A stretch of DNA of 64,000 nucleotides from an uncultured virus (IMG/VR IMGVR_UViG_3300028030_000352) (lineage: Duplodnaviria; Heunggongvirae; Uroviricota; Caudoviricetes): IMG/VR virus record IMGVR_UViG_3300028030_000352. One strand, written 5' to 3'. The position numbers and the translations under genes are program-made. Positions 41,204 through 51,095 of the stretch are shown piece after piece. Each line of letters starts with the position of its first letter. Position 1 is the first letter of the stretch. Under the pieces are notes generated by a model. That model saw only the letters and a program-made list of their open reading frames with translations. It did no database searches and had not been told where the DNA came from.

Positions 41204-41632
41204 TTATTCGTTGATCTTTTTTACTTTATTTATTTGTGTCATTTTATAACTTATCTTTTTAAAAGACGATTTGATACTATCCGTTTCAGATTCTGTACTA
41301 TCCGTTTCAGATTCTGTACTATCCGTTTCAGATTCTGTACTATCCGTTTCAGATTCTGTACTATCCGTTTCAGATTCTGTACTATCCGTTTCAGATTCTG
41401 TACTATCCGTTTCAGATTCTGTACCATCCGTTTCAGATTCTGTACTATCCGTTTCAGATTCTGTACCATCCGTTTCAGATTCTGTACCATCCGTTTCAGA
41501 TTCTGTACTATCCGTTTCAGATTCTGTACCATCCGTTTCAGATTCTGTACTACCGTATAATGAATCTATAACTTTGTTTAGTTGATCTATAGCTTCTAGT
41601 AAACCCTGTGTCGCTGCAGTTATTTCGTTCAT
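41204..41632 (-). CDS. Acidic low-complexity repeat protein (TESETD[S/G])x13
   Basis: In-frame 21-bp tandem repeat; ends KVKKINE. Confidence 0.7.
   Translation of the reverse strand: MNEITAATQGLLEAIDQLNKVIDSLYGSTESETDGTESETDSTESETDGTESETDGTESETDSTESETDGTESETDSTESETDSTESETDSTESETDSTESETDSTESETDSTESETDSIKSSFKKISYKMTQINKVKKINE
41277..41549. repeat. 21-bp tandem repeat, 13 copies
   Basis: (tccgtttcagattctgtac[t/c]a)n. Confidence 0.97.
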
Positions 41633-41635
41633 TTT

Positions 41636-42079
41636 TTATAGATTCCTGCCAATTTCAAGTATTTCGTCTTTAACAGATTCTAAAATATTATCATTGTTTG
41701 ACAGATTGCATAAAATCCTGACAAGCCCCAAGTTTTTATAAAATTCTTTTAAAATCTCATTAGCTCTGTCCATATCATCGTCATCTACCTCATGGTTTTC
41801 AACACATATTGAAATAATTGTACTTGCCTTATCTGCACTATCTACAGTATACTCTTCCTGAATATAAAATTCATAGTTATCAGCGTCTTCCCTATAATTT
41901 CTTTCTACTTTGTGTGTTACACGACCATCCTTGTAAAACACGATCTCCCCCTCATCAGATTCCCATGATATTCTACCATAGTCTTCATACCTTTCAAAGT
42001 CTTCTGGATCGTGTATCTCGATCTCTACCTTGTCTTCGGATTTGTATATTGATAGTGTTGCTTTATCGTTGTCTGACAT
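41636..42079 (-). CDS. Paralogue family D protein
   Basis: C-terminal half similar to 54409..55005 (NND..L.S...EI.EIG). Confidence 0.75.
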   Translation of the reverse strand: MSDNDKATLSIYKSEDKVEIEIHDPEDFERYEDYGRISWESDEGEIVFYKDGRVTHKVERNYREDADNYEFYIQEEYTVDSADKASTIISICVENHEVDDDDMDRANEILKEFYKNLGLVRILCNLSNNDNILESVKDEILEIGRNL

Positions 42080-42134
42080 TTTGTATTATTCCTTTTTCTC
42101 GTTTTATTAGATTATTTAGTGATTGAACTTATAA

Positions 42135-42773
42135 TCACTGAGTTATTCTTTGCATTTTTAGATACTCATCTACTTTTTCTATGTCTATGGTGTCAGGAAT
42201 CGTGACACACATCATATTATATACATCATCATGTACTGACATTTTATGGAGACAATTTCTTATGAATTGTGATATGTGAAAGAATGAATTCGCTTCGTAA
42301 AACATACATCCAATTTTAGTCACGTTCGACACGTCCCAATTTGAAATGTCTTGATTGAATGCATTTGCGCCGCGAAACATATGACCCATATTAGTCACGT
42401 TCGACACGTCCCAACTGCCAATAGGTTGATTAAACAATTCCGCTCCGCGAAACATATACTCCATGTTGGTAACGTTAGACACATTCCATCTGGAGATGTC
42501 TTGATTGAACGCGCTCGCTCCCCAAAACATTCCTTCCATATTTTTTACGTTCGATGTGTTCCAATCTCCAATGTCACAGTTGAACGCTTTTGCTCCACTA
42601 AACATAGATTGCATGTTTCTTACGTTTGATACGTTCCACCTAGAAATGTCTTGATTGAACGTTCTATTTTTAGAAAACATATAGGACATATTGATGATGC
42701 CGCTAGTATCAACGAACCTGACATCTTTATTACGATCAATCATCCTTTTTAGTTGTTTCCTTGTAACCCTCAC
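42135..42773 (-). CDS. DUF285/BspA-type repeat protein
   Basis: DUF285 repeats; ends YLKMQRITQ. Confidence 0.93.
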   Translation of the reverse strand: MRVTRKQLKRMIDRNKDVRFVDTSGIINMSYMFSKNRTFNQDISRWNVSNVRNMQSMFSGAKAFNCDIGDWNTSNVKNMEGMFWGASAFNQDISRWNVSNVTNMEYMFRGAELFNQPIGSWDVSNVTNMGHMFRGANAFNQDISNWDVSNVTKIGCMFYEANSFFHISQFIRNCLHKMSVHDDVYNMMCVTIPDTIDIEKVDEYLKMQRITQ

Positions 42774-43480
42774 CGAGTTATTTCTCGCATTTTTATTAAG
42801 TTTTCTATATCATGTTGATTCGTATTCTTTATCCTATTATAGAACACGTTATCACAAACTTTTTTTAATACAGAGACAGGATCATCAAATTTTGCAATAA
42901 AATAAAGAATATACTCATACTTCATGTTAGCAAACATGTCATAAACATACCTTGATGATTCAATATGCCATGATGATACATCATGACTAAATGACACCGC
43001 TCCATTAAACATTCCCTCTGTTGATTCTAAATTATTCGTACTCCATTGAGATATGTCGCTGTTAAATAACACGGCATCATGAAACATGTGATCCATGTTT
43101 CTTACGTTTGATACGTCCCAACTGCCAATGTCTTGATTGAATGAAGTACATCCATGGAACATGCATACAGTATCCACAACATTTGACATGTTCCAACTAC
43201 CGATTGGTTGATTGAACGATTTTGCGTCACGAAACATACAGTTCATTGTTTTGACATTGGACACATTCCAGCGTGATATGTCCTGATTAAATACGCTCGC
43301 TCCATGAAACATGTTATTCATGTTTGTAACGTTGCTTGTATCCCACCGGCTTATATCCTGATTGAACGTATCAACAAATTGTATGAGATTTCCCATATCA
43401 CGGATTTCGCTCGTGTCAACGAATCGGACATCCTCTCCGTTTTTAATCATATTTCTTAATTGATTACGTGTTACTTTCAT
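42770..43480 (-). CDS. DUF285/BspA-type repeat protein
   Basis: DUF285 repeats; ends LIKMREITR. Confidence 0.93.
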   Translation of the reverse strand: MKVTRNQLRNMIKNGEDVRFVDTSEIRDMGNLIQFVDTFNQDISRWDTSNVTNMNNMFHGASVFNQDISRWNVSNVKTMNCMFRDAKSFNQPIGSWNMSNVVDTVCMFHGCTSFNQDIGSWDVSNVRNMDHMFHDAVLFNSDISQWSTNNLESTEGMFNGAVSFSHDVSSWHIESSRYVYDMFANMKYEYILYFIAKFDDPVSVLKKVCDNVFYNRIKNTNQHDIENLIKMREITR

Positions 43481-43542
43481 TTACCCTCGATATTTTTTAG
43501 GTATTAATCGACTTTTTCAAGTCGTGTGTATTTTTCGTCGTA

Positions 43543-43628
43543 TTTTTAAGGAAGATATGGCTTGATATAGCCAGGAATATTGTAGAGTGGCAGGAAGATA
43601 TAAAGGAAAGCAAGGAAGAGTATGGTTT
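43543..43628 (+). repeat. ~85-bp intergenic element, copy 1
   Basis: tttttaaggaagatatggcttgatatagcc...agtggcaggaagatataaaggaaagcaaggaagagtat; repeated at 43948. Confidence 0.9.
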
Positions 43629-43645
43629 ACTAACTCATCATATTT

Positions 43646-43888
43646 TTACTCAAAAAGCGGCATGACTAACTTTTCATCTACCGTTACGTTTGAGTTACTG
43701 AACCGTGTTTTTACCTCTGATTTTATTTTATTAATCACCTCACTCGGTTTAAGACTAGACACTGGTTTCCCAAACTCGATTAATTGCGTTATGTTCAATG
43801 TGTCAAGAGTGTAACTAACATCGAGTGATGTACTAGATACGACGACAAGTGCTGTTATTTGTATTGATTTCATTTTTGCAAACTCCAC
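43646..43888 (-). CDS. Small hypothetical protein or gene remnant (resembles a family C N-terminus)
   Basis: MKSIQITAL... 80 aa between the two 85-bp repeats. Confidence 0.45.
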   Translation of the reverse strand: MEFAKMKSIQITALVVVSSTSLDVSYTLDTLNITQLIEFGKPVSSLKPSEVINKIKSEVKTRFSNSNVTVDEKLVMPLFE

Positions 43889-43947
43889 TATTTTACTTTA
43901 CCAAGGTCAAAGTCTTTTCTGGTTTACTGACGTGCTGTTCTTTTTGT

Positions 43948-44032
43948 TTTTTAAGGAAGATATGGCTTGATATAGCCGGACATACTATAAAGTGGCAGGA
44001 AGATATAAAGGAAAGCAAGGAAGAGTATTGTT
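43948..44032 (+). repeat. ~85-bp intergenic element, copy 2
   Basis: Near-identical to 43543..43628. Confidence 0.9.
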
Positions 44033-44034
44033 GT

Positions 44035-44607
44035 TTAAATATACCGGATTCTAACGATGTCCTTTGACTTCGCATGAATTGGAAGTGACACGTCTTTATA
44101 CATAACTTGTTTACCACTAACGGACTTTTTGTTTACTTTCCATTCGTAAACGTAAATGTCCGATCCGTCGAGATAAACTTCATTTAGCATGTCTGCCACT
44201 TGAATGTTATAGGATAAGATATGTCCGATAGCATTGTATGTATTATTATTGAAATCAGGGAATTTCCAATCGATCCAAAGCCACATCATTTCTCTTAAAC
44301 GATCTTTCGTTGTTTCGACGTTATCCAGTAGGATATCAAAACCATATAAAGTAGTTAGAGAAATGATCGCGTCAGATACGGTGGATGAGATGTCTAGCTT
44401 TCTTCGTAGAATTTCAACCAGGAAATTACCGGTGCCGCATGATGGCTCCAAGTAAGTGACGTGGATGTCGTCGGTCCAGGCAAGATCAAGCATATCAGAG
44501 ACTAATTGCGGGGGAGTTAAGACCTCACCGTGATCCTTGACCCGATCCTTAGTCTTTGTCATAAGCGAGCTGTCTATGACACTGGAAACTTGTTTGAAAT
44601 CGGTCAT
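44035..44607 (-). CDS. Short N6-adenine methyltransferase-like protein (SAM-binding half, no NPPY)
   Basis: RVKDHGEVLTP, YLEPSCGTGNFL, LYGFDILLDNV. Confidence 0.85.
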   Translation of the reverse strand: MTDFKQVSSVIDSSLMTKTKDRVKDHGEVLTPPQLVSDMLDLAWTDDIHVTYLEPSCGTGNFLVEILRRKLDISSTVSDAIISLTTLYGFDILLDNVETTKDRLREMMWLWIDWKFPDFNNNTYNAIGHILSYNIQVADMLNEVYLDGSDIYVYEWKVNKKSVSGKQVMYKDVSLPIHAKSKDIVRIRYI

Positions 44608-44608
44608 G

Positions 44609-46282
44609 TTACCATTTTCTTATCATCTTTTCAATATAGTCGATTTCTTCTTGTGTTAAACCGAAATAATTGTACAGATATTTGTCTGTATAATAATGAT
44701 TTGCTGGCATATTAGGGACAAATTGGTAAACTTTACGTGACCCATTTTGTGAAACTTTCTTTAATGACACCATGAATCTGAAAAATCTTGTCCATATATA
44801 TGAAACATGATATTCAGCCTCTTGTTTAGTATCGAATGATTTATTCACTGAATATGTCTCGGAACAAATTGAGTTTGGCTCTGCTATTGTTGGTTTGTAT
44901 ATTACCTGATCATTATACTCACCACTTTTAGTCCCTATTGTTGGTACTAAAACTTTCCATTTATTTATCAAATTATGGTTCTTTTTTATATCTATTTTAT
45001 TTATATATGATGTTCCATTTCTTCTATAAATTTTTATATCATTAGTCGTCATATTATCATGCCATATACCATTTGATCTTATTCCGAATGGTGCGTTTTG
45101 ACTAACTATACTATTATTTTTATTAGTAAATAAGAATTTCCCATTCCATTTGTTAATAACTTTTTCATAGATTGAAATTGATTCATTATTTCTAAATACA
45201 ATTCCTTGATTGAACGGGTCTAACTTTCTATTCATAGTATGTGAATTATTGTCAGCATAATGTGACACAAATTCAACAATATCAGATTGATACTTTTTAT
45301 CAATTAAAAAATAACAAACACCGGCGTTATCGACGTCTGGAAATATTATGCTGGAATCTGGGTAGTCATCTAATCGTTTGATATGTTTATTATTTATCAT
45401 ATATTTTCTAAATTCATCCAAACCTTTCCCACCGGCGAACCACCTATTTGGAATGACCATGATAACATATTGTGAACTTAACTTTATAGCACGTGTTACA
45501 AATTTATGATAAATTGGAGACGCAGATGATTTATGTCCGCCATCAGACACTTGGTATGGAGGATTTCCTATAATTACGTCAAATTTCATATCAACACCCC
45601 CAAAAATAGTTTTAATGTCGTCATGAATGAATGGGTACACGTGTTTGTCATCTTCCTTCATCCCACAGTAAATGCATTTCCCATCTTTACCATAAGTATG
45701 CTTATAGGTCCTATTTACAATGTTTCCAGCATCGTGCTCAAATAGTTTGTCACACATGTCATGCGAATTTGTTTTATCGTTGTAACTTTTATTTACACTA
45801 CATACATTTCCTAATCTATAACCATATCCACTTAAACATTCATCAGTTCCAATATTTCGTTTGCAAGTAATAGTTTTACTGTTACATTTATTTGGATATG
45901 ATCTGCTACATGGTCCATTAAGTATTGGCAGTCTATTACTTGCAAATCTTGTTGCATATACCGTTCTTCTAGTAATTATCTCCGTTTTCGTGGTAATTCC
46001 TATCCCATAAACTTGATTACATAAAATGTGCTTTAATCTTTCACAATCGTTCTCAATGGTTCCCTTGAGTTCTTTATACAGTTTTTTTACAATTTCTCTT
46101 AAAAATACTCCAGATTTTGACCCTGGATCTAAGAATTTTAGATTTTTTAAATTTTTACTTTTCCAAATTTCATCAGGCAGCAGTTTAAGAAGTGTATCTG
46201 CGACATCTGGTTTTGTGAATACTTCATAATCATTCGGACTCTTTAATGTTTCTAATATGTCAATTTCTTTTAATTTTGTCAT
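44609..46282 (-). CDS. Eco57I-type adenine DNA methyltransferase (R-M modification/specificity subunit)
   Basis: EVFT.P, FLDPGSKSGVFL, FDVIIGNPPYQ, IPNRWFAGGKGL, C-terminal YFGLTQEEIDYIE. Confidence 0.9.
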   Translation of the reverse strand: MTKLKEIDILETLKSPNDYEVFTKPDVADTLLKLLPDEIWKSKNLKNLKFLDPGSKSGVFLREIVKKLYKELKGTIENDCERLKHILCNQVYGIGITTKTEIITRRTVYATRFASNRLPILNGPCSRSYPNKCNSKTITCKRNIGTDECLSGYGYRLGNVCSVNKSYNDKTNSHDMCDKLFEHDAGNIVNRTYKHTYGKDGKCIYCGMKEDDKHVYPFIHDDIKTIFGGVDMKFDVIIGNPPYQVSDGGHKSSASPIYHKFVTRAIKLSSQYVIMVIPNRWFAGGKGLDEFRKYMINNKHIKRLDDYPDSSIIFPDVDNAGVCYFLIDKKYQSDIVEFVSHYADNNSHTMNRKLDPFNQGIVFRNNESISIYEKVINKWNGKFLFTNKNNSIVSQNAPFGIRSNGIWHDNMTTNDIKIYRRNGTSYINKIDIKKNHNLINKWKVLVPTIGTKSGEYNDQVIYKPTIAEPNSICSETYSVNKSFDTKQEAEYHVSYIWTRFFRFMVSLKKVSQNGSRKVYQFVPNMPANHYYTDKYLYNYFGLTQEEIDYIEKMIRKW

Positions 46283-48573
46283 TGTATGTACTCAAGTGAT
46301 GATTCCTCACATTTTCTGAACATACTTATTAATTTGTTGAAAGCTGTCTTATTAAATAAACTAGCTTCTACAAGTTCTTTAAACTCGTCTGACGTAATCC
46401 CAGTTGATAATTTAAATAACTTTTTATCACTTGTTTCAATTATGTCATCCATGTTTTTCTCCCTATAATCTGTTATATATAAGAAAATTGGAATATTTTT
46501 AATTAATTCTTCTAACCTTTTCTTAACATCATCTGTTTTTGTTTTTGATCCTTTCTTTTCTTCGTCGTCTCTATCATTATTTTTTGCTTTTTTGTTTTTT
46601 AACCTATTAATATCTTCATTTTTTGAGATGTCATACTTCTTTTTCTTTTTATCATGCTTAGACAATTCAATTTTTTCAATTATATCCATTACATTTTGAT
46701 CTTTAACAATACTTCTTAATGTATCAACTGATCGATTAATTAGATCAGGATTGGACCATGCACGAGACATCATTGATGATGAAATTTCATTTGACGAAAT
46801 TTCAACAATACTATTAAAATCTAATTCTGAAAACTTCCCACTATCATATGAGTAAATTGGCATGAACTCAAGAAACTGTTCAATGTTTTTAACGTAATCA
46901 ACATTTTCATCTTTTTCTGACATTGTTGTGACAAATTTTGATACTAACTCAAGTGATCTATTTACATCAAAATCAATAACATAGCATGTATCTTTCACAG
47001 TATTCATTCCGTCAACCCACGGAGACTGCACCCTAAAGATTGATTGAAAATACATTTCTGGAGCTTTTAGCGATCTAAGCATAAAAAAGTATGTCCATTG
47101 TGGGACTGTTGATCCAATCATCAATCGCCCTGCTGTGATTGTGATTGTTTTATCATTGGTTTCTACAGTTTCGAGCACTGTATCAAGAGCTTGACTGGAT
47201 TGTCCACCTTCGTCACCAGCAATAACTACAACTTTAAAATCCTTAAAGTTTACGTTATTTGTTAGCATGTCCTTCATTGCTTTGGCGGAATCTACTCTAT
47301 CCATAAACCAAACCATGTGAATACCGTTTGGATTATCGAATCTTACAGGCCACCTAGCATTTTCAGTTTTTCCTAGTGATTTATTTGACTTTCCGTAAAT
47401 CATGTTGAGCCAATGCGTTACACTAGTCTCATGCATAAATTTACCATCTTTGGTTTTGAACATCTCAGTCAAGCTAAATTCATCGGTTGATGTCCCGGAT
47501 TTTTCAATGATATCGCCGTCAAGCTCATATACGTACATTTCCATTTTAGGTAAAGCAATGTATGGATTATGATCGCCCGTCCATTCACTTTTGGCTTTTT
47601 GTTCATCGATATAAGACCAACTAAAAATTTGATCCTCCATGAATTCACCATTAGACAACGCTCTAAATGGAGTTCCTGATGAATAAAGTTTCCATTTCCC
47701 ATCTATCGTGTATTGATTAGTGTCTTTTATGTCCCAGTTGAGTTCACCGTCTTCATCAAAAATTTGCTCTGATGTAATATCTGTTGCTTTTTCTCTCCAA
47801 GCTCCAAAGTGATACTCATCAATGATTACTAGATCCCAATCAATCTCCGTTAGTTTTTGATTTCTTTCCTTTAATTCACCATCCTCTTTTTGCAAAAGAT
47901 CTTGAAACGACAAAAAGTAAACAAATGGTCCTTTTACCTCTTTAATATCGATATCGTTATCCTTTGTATAAAATGACCAACCTTTGAAATCAATATGTGA
48001 CATTAGATCCGTTCTCCATGAGTCCATCACTGAAGGAACGTACGTAATCACAATAACTTTTTTAGCTTCAAGACGTTTCGCTAATTGATAAGCTGAAAAT
48101 GTTTTCCCAAAACGCATCTTAGCGTTCCAAAGAAATCTAGATCCGCCGTTCTTAAAATGACCATACGCTTTTTCAACGGCTAGTTCTTGTTCCGCTCTCA
48201 TAGAGAAACTTTTTGTTCTCTCAATGTTGAGTGGTTCGTTTATTGATTTTCCGGACCTAAGATGCGCGATCGCAGCTTTAATTTGATCAATATCGCATCG
48301 TGTCCATTCACTATAACTTACTCGATTTTTTGACTCATTATCTGGGGAATCCTTATGTTTTATACCAGATCCCCTGAAGTTATTTCGTAAAACTCTATGG
48401 ATCTGTTTATCGGTAAAATTAACATCATACCAAGCATCTATAATCTTATATGTTAGATTAGCTGTTCTTACAATGTCATTGATTCTATGTGCAACATCAC
48501 CCTCAGTTTGACCGACTTTAATCAAACCATTGTGTTCTAATGAATAAGGTAGTGTGAATGCGTAAATGTTCAT
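46279..48573 (-). CDS. Restriction-type SF2 (DEAD/ResIII-like) helicase with N-terminal GIY-YIG/T5orf172-like nuclease domain
   Basis: IYAF...LIKVGQT...RI, SEW; WNAKMRFGKT, IIDEYH, SGTPF, YFQSIFRVQSP. Confidence 0.88.
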   Translation of the reverse strand: MNIYAFTLPYSLEHNGLIKVGQTEGDVAHRINDIVRTANLTYKIIDAWYDVNFTDKQIHRVLRNNFRGSGIKHKDSPDNESKNRVSYSEWTRCDIDQIKAAIAHLRSGKSINEPLNIERTKSFSMRAEQELAVEKAYGHFKNGGSRFLWNAKMRFGKTFSAYQLAKRLEAKKVIVITYVPSVMDSWRTDLMSHIDFKGWSFYTKDNDIDIKEVKGPFVYFLSFQDLLQKEDGELKERNQKLTEIDWDLVIIDEYHFGAWREKATDITSEQIFDEDGELNWDIKDTNQYTIDGKWKLYSSGTPFRALSNGEFMEDQIFSWSYIDEQKAKSEWTGDHNPYIALPKMEMYVYELDGDIIEKSGTSTDEFSLTEMFKTKDGKFMHETSVTHWLNMIYGKSNKSLGKTENARWPVRFDNPNGIHMVWFMDRVDSAKAMKDMLTNNVNFKDFKVVVIAGDEGGQSSQALDTVLETVETNDKTITITAGRLMIGSTVPQWTYFFMLRSLKAPEMYFQSIFRVQSPWVDGMNTVKDTCYVIDFDVNRSLELVSKFVTTMSEKDENVDYVKNIEQFLEFMPIYSYDSGKFSELDFNSIVEISSNEISSSMMSRAWSNPDLINRSVDTLRSIVKDQNVMDIIEKIELSKHDKKKKKYDISKNEDINRLKNKKAKNNDRDDEEKKGSKTKTDDVKKRLEELIKNIPIFLYITDYREKNMDDIIETSDKKLFKLSTGITSDEFKELVEASLFNKTAFNKLISMFRKCEESSLEYIQ

Positions 48574-49772
48574 TTATTGTACTCCATTATGTCATTAGGT
48601 GTATTTATGAGATGTGAATTTTTGAATTCATTCCAATTGTGATCTTCTTCATATAACATATGGTTATATCCTTCTATCTCAGTTGACTCAATATCATGTT
48701 TTATTGAACAGTATTTTTTCACTCCATATTTACATCCATACTGCATAAACATAAGTAGCATTTCTTCATAAAATGGATATACACCATAAAATAATAATTC
48801 TTTACTTTTTTCACTGTTTGAATGATTACCGTACATTTTATTTATTTTATCTGAAAGTTTATTAACTAGGTTAACACCATTTATACACGATTTTATACTT
48901 CCTGATTTACAAAATTTCGTATAAAATTTTAAATCATTTCTAATACCATTGATACTATCAGGAATATCAAGATTTTTCCTATCACGAAGAAGTGTACTTA
49001 CATATTCATCATCAATGTATGTATTAGCAAACTTATGCATTGATTCATTTACTTCTTTGTTTGATGCAGCTACTAACGGTATTGATAATTGTATCATAAG
49101 TTGAGCAGCGAAATTTTTATTCATTGGTTTTGTTGATAAAAATAACGATTTTATTATTAATTTTGATCCTAACACTTCGTCTTTTATCACTGAGTCTCCA
49201 TTCATATAATGCACTCCAAGGTTAAGACATGCTGATGCTTGCCCTAAATATGGTTTTTGATGTATGGAACATGCTTTTCTATATAGTCTTACTGAAACTA
49301 GGTTATCCTTATTAACAAATCTTCCCTTCGCATAGTATGTCCCAAGGTCAGCACACGACAAATTGTCACCATAATCACATCCTATCTTATAATATAAAAA
49401 TGACTTTTCATCGTTTACTTTTCGATCATATAAACCAACATCGTATATATTACCGAGTTTTCCACATGCGATTCCATACTTATACTGATAACATAGTTTA
49501 TTTAATATCCCATCCGCTAATTCATAATCTGTATCAACATTATATTGATTTTGATATGTTTCAGCCAATAAGAAGCAACTTTGTTTATTCCCATTTGCAC
49601 AATAAAAATCACATTCACCCCTGTCACGCTTATAACAAACATGTGTGCTATAATCAGTAGTTATTACTGGTTTATTGATAACCGGTTTATTAATAACCGG
49701 TATATTTTTCGCACAAGAGGTTGTGAAGACTAACGATGCAAGTATGATTCCTATTGTCTTTGTTACTTTCAT
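48570..49772 (-). CDS. Sel1-like repeat lipoprotein
   Basis: Lipobox-like FTTS-C after a hydrophobic signal; Cys-containing SLR repeats (ACGKLGNIY.VG, SCADLGTYY.KG, ACLNLGVHY.NG). Confidence 0.85.
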   Translation of the reverse strand: MKVTKTIGIILASLVFTTSCAKNIPVINKPVINKPVITTDYSTHVCYKRDRGECDFYCANGNKQSCFLLAETYQNQYNVDTDYELADGILNKLCYQYKYGIACGKLGNIYDVGLYDRKVNDEKSFLYYKIGCDYGDNLSCADLGTYYAKGRFVNKDNLVSVRLYRKACSIHQKPYLGQASACLNLGVHYMNGDSVIKDEVLGSKLIIKSLFLSTKPMNKNFAAQLMIQLSIPLVAASNKEVNESMHKFANTYIDDEYVSTLLRDRKNLDIPDSINGIRNDLKFYTKFCKSGSIKSCINGVNLVNKLSDKINKMYGNHSNSEKSKELLFYGVYPFYEEMLLMFMQYGCKYGVKKYCSIKHDIESTEIEGYNHMLYEEDHNWNEFKNSHLINTPNDIMEYNK

Positions 49773-49834
49773 TTATATGTTTTTGGTTAGGATTGGTGGT
49801 GGAAGAAGATGAATCAACGGTTATGTATAAATCA

Positions 49835-50395
49835 TTAAGCTAGCATATCAACAATTTTACGTAGTGTATCTTTCATCCCTTTTTCATCATTAAACTTAAG
49901 AGTGACTGTTTTATTGTTAAAGTTAGCCCTAATTGTTGACATTTCTAGTTGTTCATCTGTATCAGGTTGTTCATCTGTATCAGGTTGTTCATCTGTATCA
50001 GGTTGTTCATCTGTATCAGGTTGTTCATCTGTGACGTCTACATGATCAAGACACTTTTCTCTACGTTCAAGCTCTTCTTGAACGTATTTATTCACAATAT
50101 TCACATTTTTTACAACTTCACATTTAAGATCACTGTCCGAAAGTTTTTCCGATAACTGAAAAATCATATTCACTTTATCCTTTACAGATTCTAGCTGTTC
50201 ATCTGTAAGGTGACTATAATTTTGTGAGTCACCTGTCATATTTTTGACATCTTCTGTCAGTGATATCATTTGTTTTATCATTGCAATTTCCTTTTTATTA
50301 TTTAATAGTGTATCACATTCTTTCTCATCGTCTGGCGATGACGTTTTAAAAATAATGTCTAGTTTCTTTTCTAGCTGTTTTTCACTGTTTCTCAT
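49835..50395 (-). CDS. Hypothetical protein with (TDEQPD)n linker
   Basis: 186-aa ORF. Confidence 0.75.
   Translation of the reverse strand: MRNSEKQLEKKLDIIFKTSSPDDEKECDTLLNNKKEIAMIKQMISLTEDVKNMTGDSQNYSHLTDEQLESVKDKVNMIFQLSEKLSDSDLKCEVVKNVNIVNKYVQEELERREKCLDHVDVTDEQPDTDEQPDTDEQPDTDEQPDTDEQLEMSTIRANFNNKTVTLKFNDEKGMKDTLRKIVDMLA
49948..50032. repeat. 18-bp tandem repeat, ~4.7 copies
   Basis: (gttgttcatctgtatcag)n. Confidence 0.95.
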
Positions 50396-50465
50396 TTGTC
50401 TTATTACCCATCTTTTTGTGTTTTACTATTCGTATCAAGTGTTTTATTCTTAAACACTTCTATAC

Positions 50466-51092
50466 TCATTTTGTTATTTGTATCATTTTATCTATCCGTA
50501 TGAAGTATTGTTTATTTTCCTTTAAAAGTTCATTACTTTCAATAATCTTATCCAATATATCTACGGTATCGATTGGTGTATCATCTATTTTGTGCCAAAT
50601 ATTGTGAATACTATCAGACATTAATTCAAGTAACTTTTTATCTGATTTTATTCTTTCTATTATAGATATTATATCATAGTATTTATACAGTTCACTAAAT
50701 ATTTTAATGAACTGTTCATTGTTATATTCACTTATTAGTATTTTACTGTCATCAAGCCACAACTCATTGTTTATCGTATCAATGAATGATCGCTGTGGAT
50801 CGTCCACATATCTAACGATTGACCCGATAACAAATTTTTCTAGTACAACTTCTGAGTCATGTTTATCCACACATAACTTTAATGAAATAGTTATTTTTCC
50901 ATTTCTTTTGTAATATATCGTTCCATAGTGTAATTCTTTATCACACTCTATTACGGAATAATACGTTGGTCTTATACCTACTTCTAACGTGTTATTATTT
51001 AATTCTACTTTAGTTATTACTATGTCAAATTCAGTTCTTTTGTGCCCTATATTCCACTCGGTGTCATTTGTAACTATGAGTTTATCATCCAT
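50466..51092 (-). CDS. Paralogue family D protein
   Basis: Similar to 54409..55005; ends KMIQITK. Confidence 0.78.
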   Translation of the reverse strand: MDDKLIVTNDTEWNIGHKRTEFDIVITKVELNNNTLEVGIRPTYYSVIECDKELHYGTIYYKRNGKITISLKLCVDKHDSEVVLEKFVIGSIVRYVDDPQRSFIDTINNELWLDDSKILISEYNNEQFIKIFSELYKYYDIISIIERIKSDKKLLELMSDSIHNIWHKIDDTPIDTVDILDKIIESNELLKENKQYFIRIDKMIQITK

Positions 51093-51095
51093 ATT

